Of a stretch of DNA of 64,000 nucleotides, positions 30,580-41,527 are shown piece after piece (the first letter of the stretch is position 1; each line of letters starts with the position of its first letter). The translations under genes and the position numbers were made by a program. Under the pieces are notes generated by a model. It was not told the DNA's origin and searched no databases. It saw only the letters and a list, made by a program, of their open reading frames with translations. This stretch comes from Oligoflexales bacterium (GTDB lineage Bacteria; Bdellovibrionota_B; Oligoflexia; Oligoflexales; CAIYRB01), in contig JBGSUI010000067.1 in the NCBI GenBank assembly GCA_041736175.1, positions 1-64,000 on the forward strand, given 5' to 3'.

Positions 30580-31323
30580 ATGCAGCACGCCGTACATTCT
30601 GTGATGGTGACCCGAGGAGCCATGATCAAATGGTCATTAATGGCTTTTATCGCGGGAAGCATCAACGCTGGAGGTTTTATGGCTTGCCAGCGTTTTGTCA
30701 GCCACGTGACGGGATTTGCCACCCTTTTTGGGGTGGGAGTGGCGACCCAGGATATGGTGGGAGCCCTGAGTATGCTCAGTGTCCCAGGGTTTTTTCTTGT
30801 GGGAGCGATGGTGTCCGCCTACTTTACCGATGCCCGGCTACTACGGGGGCGTCGTGCCCGTTTTGGGCTGGTCATGGTGCTCGTAGCTCTTCTACTTCTG
30901 CTAGCCGCGATCCTTGGGCATTTCCAGATCTTTGGACAGTTTGGTCGCGACTATCAGGAAGACCAGGATTTTATCCTCCTAAGCCTACTCTGTGGAGCCT
31001 CGGGACTGCAAAATGCCGCTGTCACCACGGGCTCACGTTCGCTTATGCGCGCAACCCATCTCACGGGTATGACCACGGACTTAGGGATCGGCATCGTGCG
31101 GGTCCTCTTTGGGAGCGATGACCGGACAGTGCGGCTTGCTGAGTTCTATGTGATGTTTGTTCGTATGTGCATCGTCCTGGCTTTTTGTTTTGGCAGTGTT
31201 ATAGGTGCATTTTTGTTTATATCCTATGGTTACCTGGGATTTCTGATGCCTACTTTTCTAGCTCTAGTCTGCGGAGCTTTGGGATTTTGGATTTTCGTCT
31301 ATCACTTAGATGCGTCCCGTTGA
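30580..31323 (+). CDS. YoaK/DUF1275 family membrane protein
   Basis: AFIAGSINAGGF, FVSHVTG, GLQNA, RATHLTGMTTDLG. Confidence 0.85.
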   Translation: MQHAVHSVMVTRGAMIKWSLMAFIAGSINAGGFMACQRFVSHVTGFATLFGVGVATQDMVGALSMLSVPGFFLVGAMVSAYFTDARLLRGRRARFGLVMVLVALLLLLAAILGHFQIFGQFGRDYQEDQDFILLSLLCGASGLQNAAVTTGSRSLMRATHLTGMTTDLGIGIVRVLFGSDDRTVRLAEFYVMFVRMCIVLAFCFGSVIGAFLFISYGYLGFLMPTFLALVCGALGFWIFVYHLDASR

Positions 31324-31619
31324 TTGCGGCTATAGACGAGTCTTAAATGGGTGGAGGCTTCCGCAGCTGGTGTGACAAGCTTGTTAAGGGCCTGGTCTTT
31401 TTCCTCGCGAGCTTGGATTTTTTGGGACCTTAGGGCGTCTTTTTGCTCCTTAGCTTTGGTCTTGCGTTTAGCTTTTTGGGCTTGGTAGATTTCGTGACGA
31501 CGCTGCTTTTGCTCCTCCTTTTGTTTGATATAGGCGGGACTTGCTTTAAATTCCTCTTTTTTCTTCTTATAGATCTCTTTTAGAGTCATAAAGCGGGGGT
31601 CTTTATCTTTGTTTTCCAT
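31302..31619 (-). CDS. Basic coiled-coil hypothetical protein
   Basis: K/E/Q-rich ORF with AAGGGAG RBS before ATG 31619. Confidence 0.55.
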   Translation of the reverse strand: MENKDKDPRFMTLKEIYKKKKEEFKASPAYIKQKEEQKQRRHEIYQAQKAKRKTKAKEQKDALRSQKIQAREEKDQALNKLVTPAAEASTHLRLVYSRNQRDASK

Positions 31620-31775
31620 AGTGGAGTCTCCCTTCGGGTCCTTGAGTGCCAGCGTCGTTTTTGGCGCCTGGGCCATGGTGGCCTAAAAGGTTCCCATTGT
31701 CCATCGAGACCGTTTTATGATCTACTGCCGCGATGCGACCTGGGATAGGTCGTTAAAACGATAAGGATTGAGCCG

Positions 31776-33407
31776 ATGAGTTCCCCCCGGATTCCAGAAA
31801 TTAAATGGGAAGAAGACTCCACCACCGATGATCAAGACTTGTTTGGCGACACAACCAAGTCTGCCCTGGTCGAAGAACCCGAAGCCCCGGTGGACCCTCG
31901 TGAGTTTGAAAGCCTTTTGGCAGCAGAAAAAGCAAGTGGGTATAGGGCTCCGGCGATCTTTGTGGGTCAAAAGATCAAGGGCAAAATCTTGCTCATCCAT
32001 CCTGAGCGGCAAGATGTGATGGTGGACTTAGGGGGCGGCAAGCTGACGGGTGTCATCGAAAAACCCGAGCTGATCGACGAAAAAACCGGCGAGTTGATCG
32101 TCAAGGTCGGAGATCCCATCGAGGCCTTTGTCGTTTCGAAACAGGGTGACGAAGTCCTCCTTAGCTACCGCATGAATGCTGCACTCAAGTCCCTTGAGGA
32201 CCTGGGGATGGCCCAAGCTAAAAAAATCCCCGTCAAAGGGAAAGTCCTCAAGCTGATCAAAGGGGGATTCGAAGTCGCGGTTTTTGGCAAAGTCGGGTTT
32301 TGTCCCATCTCCAAAATCGATGCGCGGTTTGTAGAGGGTGGTCAGGAATATATCGGCCAAGATCTGGAGTTTTTGATCGAGAAGGTCGAGGGAAAGGGGC
32401 GCAACATCGTGCTCAATCGATCGGCACTGCTTAAGAAGCTGGCCGAAGAAAAAACCAAGGCCTTGGTGGCCTCCCTTAAGGAAGACCCAGAGCGGATCTG
32501 GACGGGTACCGTGACGGAGCTGAGGGATTTTGGTGCCTTTGTGGATCTCGGTGGGGTCGATGGATTGGTGCATATCTCGGAGCTGTCCCACGGGCGCGTC
32601 CAAAAAGCCGGTGATGCGGTCAACAAAGGCGCGTCGGTCAAAGTCAAAGTCCTAAAGATCGACCACGATGCCCAAGGCCGACCTAAAATCAGCCTCAGTA
32701 TGAAGGCGACCTCCCAAGACCCCTGGGAGGAGATCGATAGCCTGGTGTCCGCCGGAAAGACCTATCCTGGCACCGTTGTAAACCTAATGCCTTTTGGTGC
32801 TTTTATAGAGATCGTACCAGGGATCGAAGGGTTGATTCACGTCACGGAAATGTCCTGGACAAAACGTATTCATCATCCGTCGGATATCTTAAAGCTAGGC
32901 GACAAAGTCAATGTCCTGGTGAAGGATGTGGATAAGGGCCATCGGCGGATTGCCCTTACGATGAAATCCGTGGAAGACGATCCATGGCACGGAGTGGATG
33001 CTCTCGTAGGGACGACGGTGGAGGCAACGGTTGAGCGTCTAAAACCCTTTGGGGCGATTGTGACCCTAAAGGATGGTTTGTCAGGTTTAATCCCACTCAC
33101 GGCTTTGAAAAAGCGATTTGGGGAAGCCTACAAACAGCCTGCGACACCTGGAAAACCTTTGGAGGTCAAAGTCCAGCAGGTGGATCACGAGAATCGAAAA
33201 ATCCTCTTAACCCTTGCGGGCCTCGAAGACGAGAACAGCGATGATGCACACTATTTGGCTTATCTAGCGGCAGAAAAAGCCCAAAAGGAAGCCTTGGCCG
33301 CTAAGGCGACCGCCTCGGCTCCAGGAGAGGCCGGCGGTGGGGCAAAACCATCGGGAAGCTTTGGAGCACTTTTAGGTGCCAAACTAGCGCAAAAAAATAG
33401 CAAGTAA
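31776..33407 (+). CDS. Ribosomal protein S1-like multi-S1-domain protein
   Basis: Repeated S1 motifs FGAFVDLGGVDGLVHISE and FGAFIEIVPGIEGLIHVTEMSW. May be an rpsA paralog. Confidence 0.85.
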   Translation: MSSPRIPEIKWEEDSTTDDQDLFGDTTKSALVEEPEAPVDPREFESLLAAEKASGYRAPAIFVGQKIKGKILLIHPERQDVMVDLGGGKLTGVIEKPELIDEKTGELIVKVGDPIEAFVVSKQGDEVLLSYRMNAALKSLEDLGMAQAKKIPVKGKVLKLIKGGFEVAVFGKVGFCPISKIDARFVEGGQEYIGQDLEFLIEKVEGKGRNIVLNRSALLKKLAEEKTKALVASLKEDPERIWTGTVTELRDFGAFVDLGGVDGLVHISELSHGRVQKAGDAVNKGASVKVKVLKIDHDAQGRPKISLSMKATSQDPWEEIDSLVSAGKTYPGTVVNLMPFGAFIEIVPGIEGLIHVTEMSWTKRIHHPSDILKLGDKVNVLVKDVDKGHRRIALTMKSVEDDPWHGVDALVGTTVEATVERLKPFGAIVTLKDGLSGLIPLTALKKRFGEAYKQPATPGKPLEVKVQQVDHENRKILLTLAGLEDENSDDAHYLAYLAAEKAQKEALAAKATASAPGEAGGGAKPSGSFGALLGAKLAQKNSK

Positions 33408-33463
33408 CTGGTCTGTGGTAGATAATAGCCCATCAGAGATTTTTAAACTCGGGAGGGCGTCCT

Positions 33464-34264
33464 ATGGGTCAGGTAAAGTTATTGAGAGGGTCCGTCAAAT
33501 CTTTAATGTCGCGCTTGGTTTTGTTGGTAGGATGGGCTGTTGCTAGTTCAGCAGCCATAGCTTATGGAGCCGATCCTGCCAAATCCACGGCTTCGTCGAC
33601 CGCTCCAGGTACCGCGACCAGCCAAGGGACCAGCGCAGCGACCTCGGGTGGCAAGGACCGGGGGAGCGAGGGAGCGGTCAAGGCAGAACTCCCGGCTAAG
33701 CCGGGTGCCAAAACCGAAGCCGCGGTCAAGCCATCCAGTGGGGGAGGAGGCACCCTAGTGGAGATTAAGACCACGGAGGGGGTCATCAAGGTCGAGCTTG
33801 CAGATAAAGAGGCGCCCATTACGGTCAAAAACTTTTTAGCTTACGTGGACGATAAGTTTTACGACGGCCTGGTGTTTCACCGGGTGATTAAAGATTTTAT
33901 GATCCAAGGGGGCGGCTACTCGATGGTGAATGATAAATTGGTGGAAAAACCCACCAAAGCTCCTATCGCCAACGAAGCAAAAAATGGGCTTAAAAACATC
34001 AGAGGGTCCATCGCGATGGCGCGAACCCAGGACCCTAACAGCGCCACCGCTCAGTTTTTTATCAACCATGTCAACAACAATAATCTTGATTACCCAAGCT
34101 TTGACGGCCACGGCTATGCTGTCTTTGGCAAGGTGACTGTGGGGCTCGATGTGGTGGATAAAATAGCGTCTGTTAAGACTGGGGTTAAAGGGGGGATGCC
34201 TGATGTCCCTCTCACCGATGTTAAAATCCTATCGATCCAGTTGCTCAAACCAGCGAGCCACTAA
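33464..34264 (+). CDS. Periplasmic cyclophilin-type peptidyl-prolyl isomerase
   Basis: APITVKNF, FHRVIKDFMIQGGG, AMART, SATAQFFIN, GYAVFGKV; signal peptide and low-complexity linker. Confidence 0.93.
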   Translation: MGQVKLLRGSVKSLMSRLVLLVGWAVASSAAIAYGADPAKSTASSTAPGTATSQGTSAATSGGKDRGSEGAVKAELPAKPGAKTEAAVKPSSGGGGTLVEIKTTEGVIKVELADKEAPITVKNFLAYVDDKFYDGLVFHRVIKDFMIQGGGYSMVNDKLVEKPTKAPIANEAKNGLKNIRGSIAMARTQDPNSATAQFFINHVNNNNLDYPSFDGHGYAVFGKVTVGLDVVDKIASVKTGVKGGMPDVPLTDVKILSIQLLKPASH

Positions 34265-34281
34265 AGCACCTGTTTTTTCTA

Positions 34282-34332
34282 AAAAAAAAGCGCCCTGCTG
34301 GTGAGATTTAGAGTCAACAGGAGCTTTTTTTA
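34282..34332. terminator. Possible bidirectional terminator
   Basis: A-run, imperfect stem (AAAAAAAGC..CCTG / CAGG..GCTTTTTTT), T-run. Confidence 0.5.
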
Positions 34333-34718
34333 TGTAACCATTTGACAATCAATGGATATTTTGCGGTTTTTAAAACATTTTTTGATGTCTACTGAAAATC
34401 GTTTTTTCTGCCCCCTTAAATCCCCCGTAGTGTCTGGATGATAAGTGCGGTGTATCCCAACGGCCTTAAGATGTTCGACCATGCCACCGACATTGGTCTT
34501 TAGTAGGTTTTGCTGCAAAAAACAAACTCAATAGCAAAGCTCATGGAGGATTTTTATGTTAAGGAACCGGACAAAAACCAAAATTCTTGTATATCAGGGA
34601 CTTACCACACCCATTAAAGGGTTCTTTTGACTTTAACGTTGAGAATCGTTAAAACAAGATAAGTCTAAAATCAAATTCTTACTTTTTTAAACACATAAAA
34701 TAAGAGAGGACAAATGCC

Positions 34719-36329
34719 ATGGTCCATTTTCTATTGTTAAATCTCACTTTGTTTTGGGGAGGGGTGATTTTAGTCTCCCCAGCCTTTGCAAAAAAAATGC
34801 AAGATTCTGAAAAAGCTAGGTCCCACGATCAAGATCATAGCTACGAAGACGATTTTGAGGACGGCGCCAAACGGGATCACTCCGGTCATGGGGAAGAGGC
34901 CTGGGATCCCCCAACTGACGACTCCCTTCTCGATGCAAACGGAGAGGGAACAGCGACCGTCGTCTTGCCGATCGACTGCACCTGCGATGGAAAGGGGCAG
35001 ACAAAAGAAAAATTTCCTATACCGATACCTAACCCTTTTCCGGTCAAAATCTGCTCGATGCTAAATTCCTATAAGGTGAGTTTGATTCGGTGGCCTGACG
35101 GCAGCCAAGCATGGGGGAGCGAGACCTTAAAGTCGGTTTTACACAATGATTGCATCTTCGTTAACGTCTTAGGGCGTTCCAAGCCAATTCCATCCGACGT
35201 TTTAAAGACACCTCGTCGCAATCTGCGGGTTCGCCTTGAAACCTCCCACGGGGTCCAGATAGTGCCTTTTTATCCCATGGGCACGGAAGGGGAAGGCGCA
35301 GAGCCGGGTCCCCCCGGTCCCATGGGTCCCGCTGGGCCTGCAGGAGCCGATGGTGCTGATGGTCTACCCGGTCCTGCTGGTCCCGCTGGTCCAGTTGGAC
35401 CCGCTGGTGCTGATGGCATCCAAGGACCCGAAGGCCCCGTTGGTCCAAGGGGCTTGATTGGTCCCGAGGGGCCGATGGGTCCCATAGGTCTCACAGGACG
35501 TCAAGGACCCAAAGGTGACCTAGGTCTGGCAGGTCCCGTAGGTCCACAAGGCCCCAAGGGCGATGCGGGCCCTCCGGGTATCCCGGGCCTAACGGGCCCC
35601 AAAGGCGATTCAGGGGAGCCTGGTCCCCAAGGTCCGCAGGGTGCAACTGGGCCCATGGGGCTCAAGGGCGAACGAGGTGATGATGGCGCTCCCGGTCCCG
35701 TGGGACCAGCAGGGCCCCGTGGTGAAAGGGGAGCTGAGGGCGTTCAAGGACCTAAGGGCGAGCCAGGAATTCCAGGATCCCAGGATGTTTTGATCAGCTC
35801 GTCCGACGGCATGATTCAGTTTCAGACCCCTACCTTTAGCGGCTCGACCTATGGATTGGGATTTATGGACACCCAACTCAAGAATATTCGAGATGATCTT
35901 CTTAACAAAGCACCCCGGATCCATTCTCATACCTTTGCAGACTTAAGAGGGGCTCTGCCAGCGTGTAACACTGGACAAGTGTATGCTCTCTGCACCAGGG
36001 GCGACAACTTAGTGATCGGTTCCCAAGAATACACTCCCCTGCCCAAGGACCCTCAAGGCAACATAGTCCGCTCCTTTCAGGCGACTGACTTGAAGCTGGG
36101 GTCCGCAGCGGGACAATGGAACGATATCGGCAACTTTGATGACACTACCAACAGTATTTTAGCGATGTCAGGAAGCGTCCAGATGGGCGGGGGCCAATTT
36201 GTTCCGACCAATGTCACCGAAGATCTCAAAATCAGAGCTACCGGAGGCAAAATCCAGGAATGGCATAACAATGCGGCCCTAAGTGGGCGGAATCTTTTTG
36301 TCGATATAAGGTATCTGGGGCCTAAATAG
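34719..36329 (+). CDS. Secreted collagen-like fibre protein
   Basis: Signal peptide ending AFA; about 53 uninterrupted G-X-Y triplets (35307-35783); [13 protein letters not shown] tail-fibre-like HxH motif. Confidence 0.85.
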   Translation: MVHFLLLNLTLFWGGVILVSPAFAKKMQDSEKARSHDQDHSYEDDFEDGAKRDHSGHGEEAWDPPTDDSLLDANGEGTATVVLPIDCTCDGKGQTKEKFPIPIPNPFPVKICSMLNSYKVSLIRWPDGSQAWGSETLKSVLHNDCIFVNVLGRSKPIPSDVLKTPRRNLRVRLETSHGVQIVPFYPMGTEGEGAEPGPPGPMGPAGPAGADGADGLPGPAGPAGPVGPAGADGIQGPEGPVGPRGLIGPEGPMGPIGLTGRQGPKGDLGLAGPVGPQGPKGDAGPPGIPGLTGPKGDSGEPGPQGPQGATGPMGLKGERGDDGAPGPVGPAGPRGERGAEGVQGPKGEPGIPGSQDVLISSSDGMIQFQTPTFSGSTYGLGFMDTQLKNIRDDLLNKAPRIHSHTFADLRGALPACNTGQVYALCTRGDNLVIGSQEYTPLPKDPQGNIVRSFQATDLKLGSAAGQWNDIGNFDDTTNSILAMSGSVQMGGGQFVPTNVTEDLKIRATGGKIQEWHNNAALSGRNLFVDIRYLGPK

Positions 36330-36491
36330 AAAACCCAGCTATTTCAGTCTTTTTCATAGATGGATCCAAACTGCTTACAGATTCGGTAGACGACTTCTGG
36401 TAGCTTTGCTAGGAAAGCAGGTTCCGCAAGGAATGCGTCGCCTTTTTACAGGGCCTGAACGCGTGGCAAGGTGATCACCTAAGGAGAACAC

Positions 36492-37139
36492 TTGGATAGG
36501 TTGACTCTCGGACACTGCATGTTGGGGAAACGGCTGAAAGGAACTTTGTTAGGGGGATGTTTTAGTATCTTTGCGATCACCCAGGCCCCCACTAGGGCGG
36601 TGGCTGGTCCCGAAAATGCCCTAGCCAAGACAGCGGGGAAAGCCCCCATCAACGAATCCAAAGGCTTTGAAGTCCAAGTAGCCTGGCTGGGAAACCAAGG
36701 AGAAGAGGTTCTTCCTGCCACAGGGCAAGGGGGCTGTTATAACGAAGCCTACCGCTTGCTACCGCGGGAAGAGTCCTTGGAGCTGTGTAGCGAGTTGAGT
36801 TCTCTAGAGACAGTCCTTTGTTTCAAAAGCGCCATCGAAACGTTGCCCAAGCAGTATGCGTTGCAGCTTTGTCGGGGCCAAGGCTCTCGGAGTTCCATCG
36901 CTTGTTTTGGGGCAGCCAGCCGGCAGCTCCCTCCAGAAGCGGCGATCGGCCTTTGTTCCCTTGGGGGAGATCGGTCTTCGGTCGATTGTTTTAGTGAGGC
37001 TGCCAAGACTCTGAGCACCCAGCAAGCCCTGAGGCTTTGTGCAGGGGGGCGAGGAGGCCAAGACCGCCTTGCCTGTTATTCCCAGGCGACCCTTCGGTTT
37101 GGAGTTGAGTTTGCTCTCGAGGCTTGTGATCTCTACTAA
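36492..37139 (+). CDS. Secreted Cys-rich helical repeat protein
   Basis: Five units of about 28 aa: C(Y/F)xxAxxxLxxxxAxxLC. Confidence 0.7.
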   Translation: MDRLTLGHCMLGKRLKGTLLGGCFSIFAITQAPTRAVAGPENALAKTAGKAPINESKGFEVQVAWLGNQGEEVLPATGQGGCYNEAYRLLPREESLELCSELSSLETVLCFKSAIETLPKQYALQLCRGQGSRSSIACFGAASRQLPPEAAIGLCSLGGDRSSVDCFSEAAKTLSTQQALRLCAGGRGGQDRLACYSQATLRFGVEFALEACDLY

Positions 37140-37309
37140 AACGAGACAAAAATGGGATCACAATCTCTCCAAGCGCGACCGAATCGCGATTGGATCCCGA
37201 TGCCTTGAGTGACCGGCTTTTTAGGTTTTGCTGTTCCGATCTAGATCGGTTATAGATCGGATCGCATCAGCGACTTTTTCCTAACCAAGGATAACCAAGG
37301 AGTCAGGGT

Positions 37310-38137
37310 ATGGGACGGCTTTCCAAAGGTGGGTGGGTTTCGAAACTAGGTTGGACCATGGTCAGGGGCCTCGGGCCTATGCTGGCGGTTCTCCTCGCGG
37401 GGCAGACCCTAGGTGCGGGAGGTCCCAGTGCCCTCGACAGAGTTAAAAAAGCTGGAAAGCTTGTGATCGCTATCGATGCCAGTTATCCACCGATGGAATT
37501 CGAAGGACCTAACGGCCAACCGATTGGCTTTGATGTGGATCTGGGCAACGAAGTCGCCAAAAAACTCGGCACCAAGGCGGAGTTTGTTGTGATGAACTGG
37601 GACGGAATTCTTGCCGGACTCACTTCGAAACGATACGATGTGATCATGTCCTCCATGAACATCACCCCTGACCGCCAAAAACAAGTGGATTTTGTGGAGT
37701 ACGTCCGTTTGTCCCAGCTTTATATGGCAGGACCCGGTGTCGTCCTCGATCAAGAAAAGGCCCTCCAAGGCAAAGTCATCGCGGTCCAGGCCGATACCAC
37801 TTCGAGTGAATATGTCGATGGGCTTAAGAAAAAAGGGATTGCGGTCAAAGAAGTCAAGGCCTTTAAAACCGCGACGGATTGTTTTGCAGCCCTACGCTCC
37901 AAACATGTGGACGGAATCGTCATCGATGAGCCTGTAGGCCGCTACTACGCTAAACAAGACCCTAAAAACTTTTTCGTGACCGGGCGAGCTATGGCACCCG
38001 AGCCCATTGGCATTGCGATCCGCAAGGACGAACAGGATCTCAAAGCAGCCCTGGAAGGTGCCGTGGCTAGTTTAAAAAAAGAGGGAGTCATTAAAAAAAT
38101 ATCGGAAACCTGGTTTGGTGCTGAGCTAGGTCAATAG
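37310..38137 (+). CDS. Polar amino-acid ABC transporter substrate-binding protein
   Basis: YPPMEF, GFDVDL, WDGILAGL, ITPDR, PIGIAIRK. Confidence 0.92.
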   Translation: MGRLSKGGWVSKLGWTMVRGLGPMLAVLLAGQTLGAGGPSALDRVKKAGKLVIAIDASYPPMEFEGPNGQPIGFDVDLGNEVAKKLGTKAEFVVMNWDGILAGLTSKRYDVIMSSMNITPDRQKQVDFVEYVRLSQLYMAGPGVVLDQEKALQGKVIAVQADTTSSEYVDGLKKKGIAVKEVKAFKTATDCFAALRSKHVDGIVIDEPVGRYYAKQDPKNFFVTGRAMAPEPIGIAIRKDEQDLKAALEGAVASLKKEGVIKKISETWFGAELGQ

Positions 38138-38175
38138 TATAAGTCTCCAACACAGACCCTCTTTGCGGTAGCTCC

Positions 38176-38847
38176 ATGGAACAACAACTAGGTTTTTGGC
38201 AGTTTTCTACGGAAATAGTCCTTCCGCGACTTTGGGAAGGACTGGGTTTGACCATCGAGATAACGGTGCTCAGCGGTCTCTTTGGCGTAGGCCTTGGGCT
38301 GATCATCGCCCTGGGGCGGATCTCCCGTTCAAAGTTTCTGGCGTGGCCCGCTCTCGTCTATGTCACCCTCTTTCGGGGCACGCCCCTTTTGCTGCAGATC
38401 CTATTTGTCTATTTCGCCTTGCCCTCCCTGCTTGATATCCGTCTCGACGCTTTGCCGGCGGGGATTCTGGCGCTCTCTTTGAATGCCGCCGCCTATCTTA
38501 CCGAGATTTTTCGGGCCGCCATCCAGTCGATCGATCGCGGCCAGATGGAGGCGGGCCGTGCCCTTGGGATGAGCTACAACCAGGGGATGCGGTATATCGT
38601 GTTGCCCCAGACTGTAAGAAGGCTGATTCCGCCTGTTGTCAACGAACTAGCGGCGCTTGCAAAGGACTCTTCTTTGGTTTCCGTCATCGCCTTAAGCGAG
38701 ATGCTGTTTATCACCCAAAGGCTTGGAGCCAAATACCTGCGTCCTTGGGAAGTCTATGCCTGGGCCGCCTTGGGTTACCTTGCCGTGGTGCTTGTCTTGA
38801 CGGGCTTAGCGTCGCTCCTTGAAAAACGCCTCGCTGCAAGGGAATAA
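38176..38847 (+). CDS. Polar amino-acid ABC transporter permease
   Basis: [35 protein letters not shown]. Confidence 0.93.
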   Translation: MEQQLGFWQFSTEIVLPRLWEGLGLTIEITVLSGLFGVGLGLIIALGRISRSKFLAWPALVYVTLFRGTPLLLQILFVYFALPSLLDIRLDALPAGILALSLNAAAYLTEIFRAAIQSIDRGQMEAGRALGMSYNQGMRYIVLPQTVRRLIPPVVNELAALAKDSSLVSVIALSEMLFITQRLGAKYLRPWEVYAWAALGYLAVVLVLTGLASLLEKRLAARE

Positions 38848-38851
38848 GCCT

Positions 38852-39652
38852 ATGGCCAATGATATGAATAAGCAGGAATCAAAAGACTCGACGATGGTTG
38901 AGGTATGCGGCCTCACCAAGCAGTTTGGCGACTTGGTCGTGCTTAAGGGGATTGACACCACAATCCAAAAAGGTGAGGTTGTGGCCGTGATCGGCCCGAG
39001 CGGGTCGGGGAAATCCACCCTTTTGCGTTGCCTTAACTATCTAGAAAAACCATCCTCGGGGCATATCCTTTTTTGTGGGTCGCCCCTGGGGCAGATTCTG
39101 CGCAAGGGTCAATGGTGCCCACTCCCCGAAAAGGATCTGGATCGGCAGCGTTCCAAGATCGGAATGGTCTTTCAGCGGTTTAATCTGTTTCCCCATAAGA
39201 CGGTCTTAGAAAACGTGACTCTCGCCCCGATGCGGGTGCTTGGGGTAAACCCCAAGGTGATCAAGTCAAAGGCAGAGGAGCTGCTAAGCCGTGTAGGGCT
39301 CTATGAAAAGCGTTCTGAATACCCATCCCGTCTTTCCGGTGGCCAGCAGCAGCGGGTGGCGATTGCAAGAGCGTTAGCGATGGAGCCAGCCCTTATGCTT
39401 TTTGACGAAGCCACGTCAGCCCTTGATCCAGAGCTGGTGGGCGAGGTCTTAGCGGTCATGCGCTCCCTTGCAGAGGGTGGCATGACCATGGTTGTCGTGA
39501 CCCATGAGATGGACTTTGCTAAGGAAGTCGCCTCGCGGGTGCTCTTTATGGACCAAGGCCAAATCCTCGAAGACAGCCCTCCCCAAAAGCTTTTTACAAG
39601 CCCAAGCCATCCCCGGAGCGAGGAGTTTCTTCGTAAAATCCTCCGAAGATAG
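38852..39652 (+). CDS. Polar amino-acid ABC transporter ATP-binding protein
   Basis: [40 protein letters not shown]. Confidence 0.94.
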   Translation: MANDMNKQESKDSTMVEVCGLTKQFGDLVVLKGIDTTIQKGEVVAVIGPSGSGKSTLLRCLNYLEKPSSGHILFCGSPLGQILRKGQWCPLPEKDLDRQRSKIGMVFQRFNLFPHKTVLENVTLAPMRVLGVNPKVIKSKAEELLSRVGLYEKRSEYPSRLSGGQQQRVAIARALAMEPALMLFDEATSALDPELVGEVLAVMRSLAEGGMTMVVVTHEMDFAKEVASRVLFMDQGQILEDSPPQKLFTSPSHPRSEEFLRKILRR

Positions 39653-39743
39653 TATACTCTCTGAGTATGCTACATAGAGCAGGCTCAGAGTATAGCCTCC
39701 CCCTTAGCTGTCTAAAAACCCGAGACAAAGGCGAGACGCGGCT

Positions 39744-41048
39744 GTGAATAAAGAGCTGAAGCATTATACCGATCTCGATGCCAGACTTGTTGCTGCGGTC
39801 AAAGGGATTCGCATCCTGAGCCAGCTAGGCTGGCCACAGCAGGTGGGTCAGGAATTTATGGAGGCCTATCAAAAGGGGCAGCCTCGGTTGCCACAAGTGG
39901 AATTGCCCATTCCCGACTTTAGCCAAAACTGTGCCCAATTATTGTCCGTGATCAAAGCCTGTGATGAGTCCCATCCTGTGGGTCGCTATATCTCCCAGAC
40001 AGCGGCAAGCTACGTCATCGCGGCACGAATGCTCGAAGGAATCGGTACGGAAAAGTTCACAAGAATGTCAGAAATCCTCTATGGAAATCCAACGGACCGG
40101 CTGGGAAGTCTGTCTAATTTGAGTCTGGCCGAAAACTTTATCCAGGTGACTACGGATTTCGAGTCCGTGACAGACCCCTTTAGGGAGGGAGAAGAAGATC
40201 TGCAGCCTTCGGCGAGTGTTGCGGCCTATTTAGCGGCCAAGGCTGAGTCCTTTTTTGGTCCAGGGATCGTCAAAGTGGAGTTAGACCAGCAGATCGCGGC
40301 GAAAGCAGCGGCCGGGTCAGAAAGAGTGCGGATCCGAGATCGCTCCATGTTTAGTGGTTCGGAGTTGGATCAGTTGGTGGAGCATGAGCTTTACGTCCAT
40401 TCAGCTACAATGCTTAACGGCAGACGCCAACCTTTTTTGCGCAGCATGGGGCTTGGTGCTCCAAGGACGACGGGGACCCAAGAAGGGCTCGCTACCTTTG
40501 CCGAAATGATTACAGACTCTATGGATCTCTCCCGGTTGCGAAGGATCGCCCTGCGGATTAAAGCAATCCAAATAGCCTTAGAGGGAGCGGATTTTATCGA
40601 GGTGTTTCGCTTTTTTTGCCAGGCAGGGCAGACAAACGATGAAAGCTTTTTATCGACGGCTCGGGTCTTTCGTGGTGGAGATGTTCGTGGGCGATTTGTG
40701 TTTACTAAAGATGTGGTTTACCTCAAGGGTTTGGTGTCGGTTCATACTTTTTTTAGAAAAGCCATGGAACACCGAAAGATCAACTATCCGAAAATGTTGT
40801 TTATAGGCAGGATCACCCTTGGAGACGTGATCTCTCTCGAACCCTTTATAGGCGAGATGGAGACAGGGCACTTTGTGGCGGCACCTGAATATATACCCCG
40901 CTGGGTGGCAAAGCGGGAGGCTCTCGCTGCTTACCTGTGTTATGCGGTGTTTACCCACCAGATCGACCTAGGCTCCATCAAACTGGTGGATTTTGTAGAC
41001 AGCTCCCTGTCGGAAGACTTGGAGGGGCTGGATCTAGAGAGTCTTTGA
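39744..41048 (+). CDS. DUF1704 / QEGLA-motif metallopeptidase-like protein
   Basis: HELYVH, TQEGLA, RVFRGG, FTKDVVYL. Confidence 0.85.
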   Translation: MNKELKHYTDLDARLVAAVKGIRILSQLGWPQQVGQEFMEAYQKGQPRLPQVELPIPDFSQNCAQLLSVIKACDESHPVGRYISQTAASYVIAARMLEGIGTEKFTRMSEILYGNPTDRLGSLSNLSLAENFIQVTTDFESVTDPFREGEEDLQPSASVAAYLAAKAESFFGPGIVKVELDQQIAAKAAAGSERVRIRDRSMFSGSELDQLVEHELYVHSATMLNGRRQPFLRSMGLGAPRTTGTQEGLATFAEMITDSMDLSRLRRIALRIKAIQIALEGADFIEVFRFFCQAGQTNDESFLSTARVFRGGDVRGRFVFTKDVVYLKGLVSVHTFFRKAMEHRKINYPKMLFIGRITLGDVISLEPFIGEMETGHFVAAPEYIPRWVAKREALAAYLCYAVFTHQIDLGSIKLVDFVDSSLSEDLEGLDLESL

Positions 41049-41061
41049 TTCCCTAGATGCC

Positions 41062-41115
41062 CAAGGTAAAAAGGGCTTTAACATCAATGGATTCTCGAAG
41101 CACTCCAACTCTGCA
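41062..41115 (+). mobile_element. Second short IS91-like transposase scrap
   Basis: QGKKGFNINGFSKHSNSA resembles the GFSLHAN motif. Shares CTCCAACTCTGC with the start of the 1873 remnant. Confidence 0.45.
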
Positions 41116-41170
41116 CTACCTTTGTACAAAATAATGAGTGTAAGCTCCTCGCGAACACTCTAGTTGATGG

Positions 41171-41299
41171 TTATGACTGATCTATTTTCGTGAAGACAAA
41201 TAGATCATTCGACTCAAGAATCTGCTTGACCTCGAGAGAAAACTTTTCCAGCTCCCCTTGATAAAGCCAGATCACTGCATTCGTGTCCAGAAAGTACAT
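41171..41299 (-). pseudogene. Truncated VapC (PIN) toxin
   Basis: MYFLDTNAVIWLYQG...NDLFV, then loses similarity and stops after 42 aa. Starts directly after the antitoxin stop. Confidence 0.75.
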
Positions 41300-41527
41300 C
41301 TAATCCACCTTCCATTCTGCATTCCAATCAATGTGCTCGAAGACGTCGGAATCCTCATCCGTCAAGTGGCGCTTTTTTAGCTTGCTCAACTTGCTAAAGC
41401 TGTGTTTGACGGGCACTATCTTCAGAATGGCTCCGTTTCGCTCAATCTCAGCCGGTACCCCGGTCCTGATAATTTCATCAAGAATTTTATATACTTCCTG
41501 CCTCAGTCGCGATGCCGTCAGACGCAT
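41300..41527 (-). CDS. Phd/YefM-family antitoxin
   Basis: TASRLRQEVYKILDEI...PAEIERNG; AGGAGG RBS. Confidence 0.8.
   Translation of the reverse strand: MRLTASRLRQEVYKILDEIIRTGVPAEIERNGAILKIVPVKHSFSKLSKLKKRHLTDEDSDVFEHIDWNAEWKVD

Noticed and set aside
34330..34518. 62-aa minus-strand ORF in the spacer before the collagen gene
   Set aside because: No recognisable motif or RBS.
36388..36445. Small hairpins (GCAA tetraloop) between the collagen and Cys-repeat genes
   Set aside because: Stems are short and match no RNA motif I recognise.
37236..37260. 14-bp palindrome CCGATCTAGATCGG before the ABC operon
   Set aside because: Could be an operator, but there is no regulator nearby or second site to support it.
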